Positions 55,607 through 64,000 of a stretch of DNA of 64,000 bases are shown here, in pieces. Origin of the DNA: Hyaloraphidium curvatum SAG 235-1 (taxonomy: Eukaryota > Fungi > Monoblepharomycota); the NCBI GenBank assembly GCA_025558095.1, contig JAIVFI010000038.1:310001-374000 (forward strand). Direction: 5' to 3'. The notes beneath the pieces are model-generated. The model was not told the DNA's origin and made no database searches. It worked only from the letters and a program-made list of their open reading frames with translations. Position numbers and translations under genes: made by a program. How positions within the stretch are numbered: the stretch's first letter is position 1; every line of letters begins with the position of its first letter.

Positions 55607-58600
55607 TCAATCCCTCGCCAGGGGGAAGAAGGACGCAGACAGCCGTATCGACCCGTGCCAAGCAAACTGGAACCACGACGCCGCCTCGCGCTCCTTTGAC
55701 GGCAGGTCAGCAGGCCGTCGAGCGGAGCCGTTCGCACTCCACCCACCAGCAGCACCGACAAAGGCACATCCAGAACCGCAAGGGTGGTCGTGCGCTCGTA
55801 CGAAGTGTTCGACAGCGCCCGGCGGACGAGCACGGCGACGTTGGTGTCGAGCCGGACGTCGCGGACGACGGCGTCGAACGCTTCGGCGGCAAGTCAGTAC
55901 CGTGGGGCGGCGACGGCGCTCAGGGGAAGACACCCACTCTCGTTCCACAGTGCGTCCCGCGCGTTGATCCGCATCGTCGTCCGCCCAATAACCCGCGGTC
56001 TGTTTGCCGGATGGGCGATCTGTCCGGTCGTGACCCCCTCTGCGAGCTCGACAAACATGCTGCACCGCTCCGCCACGACGCCCTGGATCTGGTGCACCAC
56101 GATGCGGAGAATGCCCACCGCTCCGGGCTCGGGCAAGGCCTGCGGCGGGAGGGCGGGCAGCGCGGCCGTAAACCGGCCAGAAACATGAAGCTTATGCTTG
56201 GCGGTCTTGAAGGTGCCCGACCCGCGCACCGCCTCTTCCACCAGCGGCAGCCAAAGTTCCCACCATCCTTTTCCCCGGGCTTGGTCAGGTTCGCACGAGA
56301 GCGATGTCCGGAAGAAGGCGCCCGCGGAGCTGCCCGACTCCGGCGCCGTCTCAGGCACCTCGATGTCCTTGATCCCCAGCAACTGGTCGGGACGCAGGCG
56401 ATTCCAGTTCCACATCGCGAGGCGAGAGCGGTGGTGGCCCGTCAATGCAACAGCCCACGGCTCGGTGCCGGGTGTCCACACGGGGTCCGAGGTCTTGGGC
56501 GACGCAGATGTCCGGCGGACCTCGAACTCGTTGCCCTCCGAGAAGAACTTGACGAGGCGACAGTACGGGTCGATGAAGGCCGTACTTCCCCCCGAGGGAA
56601 CGAGCTGCCTTGCGCCGTGGACGAACACCTCCAATACCCCGAGCGGCGGACGATCCGACACCTCTGCAAGACTGTGCTGCAGGAGCATCTCCGGCTTACC
56701 GGCGGAGAAGGAGGGCAGCTGCGATAGCTCCCTCATGCCGCGGAGGTCTTGCTTGAGCTTGGCGTCCTGTAGCGCCCGGAACGACAGCTTGAGCGGAATG
56801 CCGACGCGCGTCTCGCCCTCGGATTTGAGATCGCGGGAAGAGACGCCGGCGAGAGGGAACCAGTTGCCCGCGGGGGTGTCGAGGAGGACGTCTGCGAGCT
56901 TGAAAACGATTTCGCCAACAATCGTGCCGTCCTCGGACGAAGTTTGGGCGCCCGGCTTCGCCTGCTTTTCGCGGAGATTGGCCCGAGACACGCCACGATG
57001 CACGCGCAGGGCAAAGATGGCTGTCGAGATCTCGTGTACGTAGACTGGAGCACGGTTCAGACGGGTCCTTTGTCGATACTCGAGACGAACGGCCCACCTT
57101 CCAGCTCCTCGACGAGAAGATCCCTGCTCCAGACCTGCCGCGAAACACCTCGCCAGACCTCGCGGTCATACAAGGAAGCCCGCAAGTGTCCCTGCCAGAA
57201 CTTGGCCCCTGGAAAATCGATGCCGAGGATCGTAACGCGGAGCACGCCCGATCCGTCTCCGAGGGACGCCTCCGCCTTGGGAACGGAAGAGCCTGCCACC
57301 ACACTGCCCAAAGCTGCGAACCGGTACCCGATCCGCAACTTGCCCCGGTTCTGCCCGGGCTTCTGCCCTTTGAGCGACACGTTGGTCTCGACGGGCCGGT
57401 CCGGCGCCGATCCTTGCCGCTCCTCCAGATAATTGCGGCACAGATCGCTCGCGCTGAGCTCCGTCCAGCCCATGGAGATGGGCTTCGTGACGTCCGTTTG
57501 GTCGTATACGTGGAGCGTGATGGTATCCGCAGTGCTCTCGTCCTCGGTCTTTGGCCCCGTGCCCAAGACGGACTCCGGCACCAAAAGGGGGGTGAGGTGA
57601 TTGAAGACGGGGTTCAACGAGTTGATGACGTGCTTTGTCGAATCCACCACGTTGTCACCGAGGCTGATGCGGACAAACGGGTCGCTCGTGCCGCCCAAAA
57701 GCCGCAGTCGATCCGCGTTCTTGAGCCCTTTGGCCTCGTAGGTCCAGAGGTAGAGGACGCCGGCCGCGGGGGCAAAAGGCTTCCGCTCGAGGCCCAGGGC
57801 GACCTGCACGTCGCCGTCGGCGTCAAAGTCAATGCGGACGCCGCCGTTGTCGCAGAGAAGCGACCCGAGACCGGCATCGATTCCCTCGCGGAGCCAGCTG
57901 CGCAGGTAGGGGACCGCGAAGACGTCCAGAGAGCCGCCCAAAGGATTCAGAACGAGATTGGTTGTCGGCGGCTCCAGCGAAAGAAGTTGGAGCCGCGAAA
58001 CCCAGGGAGGTCCGAACGGCGAAGCCGGGTAGATCCGGAGGAACACTGTGGCATCGACCGTAAACTTGGAAGCCGAGACGGATATGCTGACGGGGATCGG
58101 GCCCGCGGCGGTCGCGGTGAGTCGGATAATGGAGTGCGAGCCGAGGCTGGCGCCACGGTCCTGCGTCTTGCTCGAGCCCGGAACTTGGCGATTTTCCGTC
58201 GAAGGAGCACGTCCAGCGTCGGAAGCAGCGTCGCTCGCGTACCCATCTCCGACCTTTATGTCCGATGGTCCATCTGCCAACGATCCATCAACAGTCGACT
58301 CATCAGGGAGCCGCGGGAAGAGAAACTCGATCGGATCGTCCGGAGCCCATCTCAACCGAACGGCGACCTGCATGACCTGCCGTTGCATGTCGTTGCAATA
58401 GACGAGTTCCGGGTAGGAATGAATCGCGATGATCCGAGGAGGGGTGGCGCCGAGTGAGAATTTGTCCAGCGTAATCGCCTTCAGAAAAGGAGGCACGGTG
58501 TTGGACAGGGCTTGCTCAATGCCGTGCTTCGCCAACCGGGAGACGAACGGCTGCGCAACAGCCCAGGATCGCGCAATGAAGATATTGAGCCTGGCAAAGA

Positions 58601-59218
58601 TGCTCAGGGATGTGAGCCGACGGAGGCAGAACGGGAATCTCACCATTGAACAGACTCGGAGATGACAAGCTGCGTCGTTCCGTCCTCTAGTCGGACGGTC
58701 TTGATGGTGTTTGTCCCCACGTGGTAGGTCGAAGCCTTCGTGGAGTCGTCCCCGTCTGCGACGTAGCTCCCTGCCCTTTCCAGCTTCTTTCGCTCCTTCT
58801 CCCAGCGCAGTTCCAGCTCATGAAGCTCCGACGCGAAGTTGTCCCAGATCCAGGCGAGTGCGATGAACATGCCGACCAGCGTTCCGAACCCTAGGTCGAA
58901 CTTGCCGATGAAGAAGGCGAAGACAATGGCGGCGACGATCAAGGCGGTCCGTTTCAGGCGGAAAGTCAGGCTGGCGAGGTCCCGAACCCGGATCCTCTTC
59001 GGCGGCGCCGGCTCGGTCGGAGTGTTTCCAGATGTCGGAGAGTCTTCGGACCCGAAGTCGGGGGCCGGGGAATTCTCGAACGGGTCTCCCGCCGCAGTCG
59101 AATCGAAAACATGGGTGGCCGAAGCTTCTCGAGGTGCAGGTGCACGGTCGGCCGGGGGAGCGTCTGAAACCCCGACAGCGGGGCCGGCGTCCGACGCGGG
59201 CTCGCCGACCCCTTCCAT
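55607..59218 (-). CDS. Tricalbin / extended-synaptotagmin-like SMP + C2-domain protein
   Basis: Hydrophobic hairpin ALIVAAIVFAFFIGKFDLGF. SMP signature ESVQW|LNIFIARSW..LDKFSLGATPPRI. C2 motifs AKGLKNAD..GTSDPFV..LNPVFN and DPYC. Confidence 0.85.
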
Positions 59219-59401
59219 GTTCCTCGATAGTGCGGGTCTCCAAGTAGCTTAGGGCAGGCAGATAGGCGGCCCGGTCATTGGAGCCGCTGTGGACGGGCAA
59301 CCTTGAAAGAACGTCACTGCGGCCCACAGTGGCGCGAGGGATCCAAGGGTCGAGTCGTCGATGGATCTCCACTGCCATCCATCCTTTCCATCGGGCTACA
59401 A

Positions 59402-61667
59402 TCAGGATGCTGTCTTCCGTCTTTGCGAGCTGCCATTGGAAGCCTCCGACTCCACGCCATCAGGTGGCCCCCGTTTCCGGTAGCCGAACTTCGAGTCCTT
59501 ATACTCCCGCATGCTCGTCAACCTCCACGAGCCTCCCAGCAGCGGCAAGGAATCGACATCCATGCCGGAACCCGCCTCTGCGCTCGGTGCCTTTGGCAGA
59601 TACTTTGCGGCAATTGCGGATGCCACGTCCGGTTGGTTGACTGTAAGAATCCAGCTGTAGTCGTCAAACGGAACGCGCTTTAGGTAGAACGCCTTGTCGG
59701 CCTCCGGGAACTCCTTGATGATGACGGCGGCGACCTCGGAAAAGATCGGAGGCGGGACTGGGGCAGGTGTCGTGGTAAGGGAAATGTGGAAGATGTGGGA
59801 GAGGTCGGCAAGGGCTGTCGGAAGAAGAGGGGATAAGCAGGTGCGAATGCAGAAGGAAAGAATACGCACTATCTTCTCCAGCAAGATTGACGGCTGAGGT
59901 GAGGCTCCGCATCATGTGGATGATGTTGCGGAAGGGTGCCACGATCGGGCCGTCAACGGTCGGCGGGTCCGCGACCGAGTCTGGCTTCGGCGGCTCCGGT
60001 TCCACCATGAACAAGTCCCGCTGCGGCTTCGAATCACCTGAGTGCCGTCGTGTCAGCTTTTCGAAATCCAGTTTCCGAGCTCCCTACCGTTCTCAAGCTT
60101 GCCCGCGTACTTCTCCACGAAGCTCGCCATCCGCGCAAAGGCAACCCCGGTGCAGTAAGCGTCGAATGCCGCGTCGTGGAACGAATATGCCCCAAGACTG
60201 CCGAAGCCTATAGACAAGTCGATTGCCGGCGCGAACTTTAGTGCGGGGGCGTTGAAGGCTTCGTAGACCTCCGAAAGACCGGTTCCGTAGTCGAACGAAA
60301 GCAGATACTCGGCAATCTCTGGCACGCTGCTCGCCATGTGCTTCGTGTCAAAGACACTGTCGAGGTCGGCAAGATCAGGCGACATCGAAGTCGAAGTTAG
60401 CCAAACTCGCCTGCCAAACAAGCTGCGGATCGCGCCCTTCCACTCCTCGAGGGTGCCGACCGGTCCCCCGTAGAACTTGTTGACGGTGTGCACGAGATCC
60501 AGCATGGCGTTGTGCGCGATGACGGTCTTCCCCTGCAACGCGTCGATGACCTTGCGGAAGCCCACCCATTTCTGGAGCTGTTCAAGGCCCTCGGCCTGCG
60601 AGGCCGCCAAGAGGGCCGAACGCTCCTCGGGGTCCACCATCCGGGTCACGAGCATCGACTTGAGCTTTGTCGGGGTCGGCGGCGGAGGCACCGGGTCCGT
60701 GGACGTCAGGTTGATGGCGTCGCCGTACCTGCCCAACCCGTCAGCAAACATCTAGGCGCAGTGCTCGGTGTCCCACTTCTTCTGCAGCTCCTGGTAAAGA
60801 ACTCGCCGGAAAAAGCCGTTGCAGGGAGGAAGTGTGAGGGTTCGTTCGTGAGAGTTCTTGAGCCAGTCATCGATGAGCGCGCTGGCAAAGGCCAGAGTGA
60901 GGCCGAGATGACAACCTATAACGCGGAACCCACGTGCTCTTCTCGACGAGCTCCCGGGCCGGAGCGTCCAACACCACTTCGGCCACAGCCGGAACGTCAG
61001 CCGCAGCGGCCGCGCCTCCGTTTGCCGAGGCGTCCAGCGCGCGGAGGGACGGTATCCTTGCCCGGACCGACTTTTCCTCCTCTCTCGAGAGGTATTGGAT
61101 GCCTGAAAAGCAGTAATCAGCCCCATCTCCGACAGTTTCTGTGTCTGAACCACCTTTGTGAAAGGCTTTGTTGAAGTCAAAGTGGTACTCCGAGAGGAAC
61201 TCGATCGACGACGCCTGGACCAGGAATCTCCTTTCGATGCCCGTGTCCTTGGGCGTCGACGCCGAGAGGTAGAAGTTGAAAGGCTTCACCAGGTACCTGG
61301 CGCAACGCGGTCGATCAAGTTGTCCCCAACTGCTTCCCGCCCAAAGCCCACTTCTTTTGGTCCTCGTCCCAACGGAAACACGCGATACCGAACTGAATGA
61401 CGGCAAACTCGGTGGCATACCGCCTCAGCTTCGCGTACCGCTCCCGCGGCTCGTCAATCAGGTCCTCAAGGTTGTTGATGGCGCTCAGGCCTTTGGACAC
61501 GGGGTCAGGTCACAAAGCATCGAGAGTGGGGAGAGAAGGCCGGCACCGGTGAGCTCCGTGTCGAAGGCGACGAACTTGGCCTCGTTTATGGCGTCCACGA
61601 CCGCGGGAAAGACCGTCTCGAAGTTCTCGCGCACGACATCGAGCCCGAAACGCGTGGTGGCCGACAT
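59402..61667 (-). CDS. PARN: Poly(A)-specific ribonuclease PARN-like (CAF1/DEDD family)
   Basis: DVVRENF, FVAFDTELTG, PFNFY, QASSIEFL..FDFNK, CNGFFRR (R3H-like), GFRKVI, HNAMLD, DTK and HDAAFDAYCTG. Confidence 0.9.
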
Positions 61668-62043
61668 TGCGGCGCCGGCAGGTTCCGTAGAGACTGCTCC
61701 GAGCCCGATGCGACGTGTTGCGACGCGTAAAGAGGCGTTGCGAAAGCCGGGTCCGATGGATGCCCGGGCCTGGCTCGACGCCCGGCGGAGGCCTGCAAAG
61801 GCGCGTTTGGCGGCCGCGGTCCCGGTCTCCGGCTTGGGGAGCCTATTTGCAGAGAGGACAACGCGACCTAGAAAGCGAAACGCTGCTGGCATAAGCCAGA
61901 GAGAACGGTATGTCACCGACGCGCTGTTGGCTTGCTCGCGGCGCTACGCAGAGAGGCGCTCTCAAAGACAGAACGGACTGGAGCGCTCCCGGACCCAGCG
62001 TAGGCATGCAACCAATGAATCAATCATCAAATAAAAGCAAACA

Positions 62044-64000
62044 TCAGTGAAGTTGCGACAAAGACGCCCCCGCGAGCGCCAGGCTCCACCTGACCACGGG
62101 GTCCCTCCCCGTATCCCCGCCCGCGCCCACGCAGCCCGCGCAGAGCTGCTCCGCCCGATCGGGATGGAACGACTCGTTGGCCACGAACGTCCCGCTCGCG
62201 GCGAGGCACGAGTCGCAGTACCCGTCGTGCGAGCGGAGCACCCAGCGGTCCGAGCCCGTGTGGTTGTGCTCGAGCCAGGTGGCCAGCGTGGGGTTCACGC
62301 CCAGGCGGTGCTTGGCGCGGGTCATGGCCACGTAGACGAGGTTCAGCGCCTCGGAGTTGGGGATCTTGTCCGGGGTCCGCTCCGCGATGATGCTGTCGGC
62401 GGCGGCGGTGAGGTCGATAAAGTCGTTGGTCAGCTCCACGTGGTCGAATTCGAGGCCCTTGGACTTGTGCAGCGAGGTGAAGATCTGCGGACGTGCGGTC
62501 AGCAGCCATCCGGGAACTCCCAGGGAGCGACGCACCATGTCAGCGGACATGTGGTCGTCCACCATCCGGTTCTCGACCGCGCGGAGCAGCGCCGGCGCGT
62601 CCTCCCCCTGCAGATCCTCGACCACCTCCCGGATAGTGTGCAGCTCCGCGTCCGCGCTCTCCTCCAGGTCCTTCTCGAAGTCCGCCCACGTGTTGTACCA
62701 CTGCCTCATCGGCCCGCGCATGAGGTGCTTGCGCCCCTTCTTGAGGTAGTAAGCGTCCGTCAGCTGCCCGATGATCCGCCGCAGGTTGGCCTTGGAGATG
62801 GTGCACCCCAGCGTGGAGGTCCGGTCGCGGGCGGCCACCCGCACGGCGCGGAGGAGCACGTGGTGGTTGGTCCGGCAGATGTGGGTGGTCTTTTGCGGGG
62901 GGAGGAGGTCGGAGGGGGCCGCGAGCTGGGAGGAGGCCGGAGCGGCGAAAAAGGCCGACTGGGAGCCCTCAAAGTCCATGGGGTCCGAGGGCGCGGCGGC
63001 GGAGGTGTCCGGCGCGGGTTCGCCGCCGGCCGCGGCGCCGGCGGGGTCGGCCTCGGCTGGCGGCTGCTGCGCGTCGGTCGAATGGTACACGACCGTCGAC
63101 CCGCCGGGCTTCCTGGTTCCCCACAGCGGCGCCGACTCGTTCTTGAGGTTGGTCAGGACGATGCTGGCCAGGTTGGCGATGCCGATGTCGAACCGGAACG
63201 AGACCGTTAGCCGGAGCACCTTGGTCGGCTGCAGGATCCGCTCGAGGTCGCGCACGGCCCCGCGCCACCCGTAGATACGCTGGTGCTCGTCCCCGACGAG
63301 GATCTTGCGCGGGGCGTCGGGCGCGTCCCGGCGCTGGTTCCGGACCGCCTCGATCATCACCGCCGTGGCGTCCTGCGCCTCGTCGAAGAAGATGTAGTCG
63401 TAGCTCGAGCCCATCTGGAAGTTCTGCTGGAACGCCACCTTGAGGTAGCCCTCGGGCGGCAGCTTGACGTCCATGTCCGCGGGGTCGATCATCCTCTTCC
63501 AGAGCTGGAACGGCCAGAGTCGGTGTGCCACCCAAACCTCCACGGCGCAGATGAAACCCACCTGGGACGCGAACCTGACGTACTCTGCCGTCGTCGCGTA
63601 CTGCACCCTCTCCTCCCAATCGTCCCCCGGCCTCCTCCTCCTCGCGGGCGCCCGCGGCGACATGCTCGCCCCCTCCTCCCCCCTGCGCTTCTTGTAGTGG
63701 TCCGCCGCCCTCGCCGGCACGTTGCCCTCGTGCACCGCCGCCCCCGTGCCGTAGCAGAATCTCTGCACCGTCCCGATGACGAAGGCCGCCACCGTCCGCG
63801 TGCACTGGAACATCCTGCACACGGGCTCGACCGCCACCGCGCCGTGCTCGATCTTGCCGCCGTACTGCGCCCTCACGTGCTCCAGCGCGAGCGAGTGCAT
63901 GGTCCGGCAGGCGACGTTGCGCGGGAAGCGCAGCGCGGAATCGTGCGCGATGTCGCGGTTGAAGGCCACGTAGAGGAAGCTCGCGCGGGGGCGGGCGCGC
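62044..64000 (-). CDS. UvrD-like SF1 DNA helicase (FBH1-like), 5' part outside the window
   Basis: LYVAFN, TMHSLA, FDEAQD, VGDEHQRIYGWRGA, LTVSFRF, HKSKGLEFD and YVAMTRAK. C-terminal CDSC..CAGC. Confidence 0.9.
   Translation of the reverse strand, partial: RARPRASFLYVAFNRDIAHDSALRFPRNVACRTMHSLALEHVRAQYGGKIEHGAVAVEPVCRMFQCTRTVAAFVIGTVQRFCYGTGAAVHEGNVPARAADHYKKRRGEEGASMSPRAPARRRRPGDDWEERVQYATTAEYVRFASQVGFICAVEVWVAHRLWPFQLWKRMIDPADMDVKLPPEGYLKVAFQQNFQMGSSYDYIFFDEAQDATAVMIEAVRNQRRDAPDAPRKILVGDEHQRIYGWRGAVRDLERILQPTKVLRLTVSFRFDIGIANLASIVLTNLKNESAPLWGTRKPGGSTVVYHSTDAQQPPAEADPAGAAAGGEPAPDTSAAAPSDPMDFEGSQSAFFAAPASSQLAAPSDLLPPQKTTHICRTNHHVLLRAVRVAARDRTSTLGCTISKANLRRIIGQLTDAYYLKKGRKHLMRGPMRQWYNTWADFEKDLEESADAELHTIREVVEDLQGEDAPALLRAVENRMVDDHMSADMVRRSLGVPGWLLTARPQIFTSLHKSKGLEFDHVELTNDFIDLTAAADSIIAERTPDKIPNSEALNLVYVAMTRAKHRLGVNPTLATWLEHNHTGSDRWVLRSHDGYCDSCLAASGTFVANESFHPDRAEQLCAGCVGAGGDTGRDPVVRWSLALAGASLSQLH

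Noticed and set aside
1-64000. Prokaryotic origin or operon interpretation of the window
   Set aside because: Pervasive spliceosomal introns and eukaryote-specific genes (MON2, tricalbin, PARN) rule it out.

Overview
This is eukaryotic DNA: very GC-rich, gene-dense, with many short (~50-60 nt) GT-AG introns and one GC-AG intron. Gene content (MON2, tricalbin, PARN, DSD1-like, NUDT5/YSA1-like, CYP, many F-box-like orphans) fits a fungus, plausibly an early-diverging chytrid/monoblepharid-type lineage (inference only). I can support about 30 protein-coding loci. I recognised no rRNA, tRNA, CRISPR array or intact transposon. Many long ORFs in the supplied track are antisense or GC shadows, and real genes are split across several ORFs by introns. 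Five items stand out. (1) An intronless, bacterial-type short-chain chlorite dismutase with proximal His and distal Arg retained. (2) A ~2,600-aa, 9-exon secreted giant protein with acidic repeats, a long beta-rich body, many dibasic sites, a coiled coil and C-terminal ricin-like plus AbfB/CBM42-like beta-trefoils. (3) An intron-containing family II Mn-dependent pyrophosphatase. (4) A membrane protein with nine knottin-like repeats ending in an expansin-like DPBB domain. (5) A 5'-truncated bacterial-like arginase, and frameshifted F-box-like paralogues. I derived all coordinates by hand. Spliced-gene limits run from start to stop codon, and exon boundaries are approximate.
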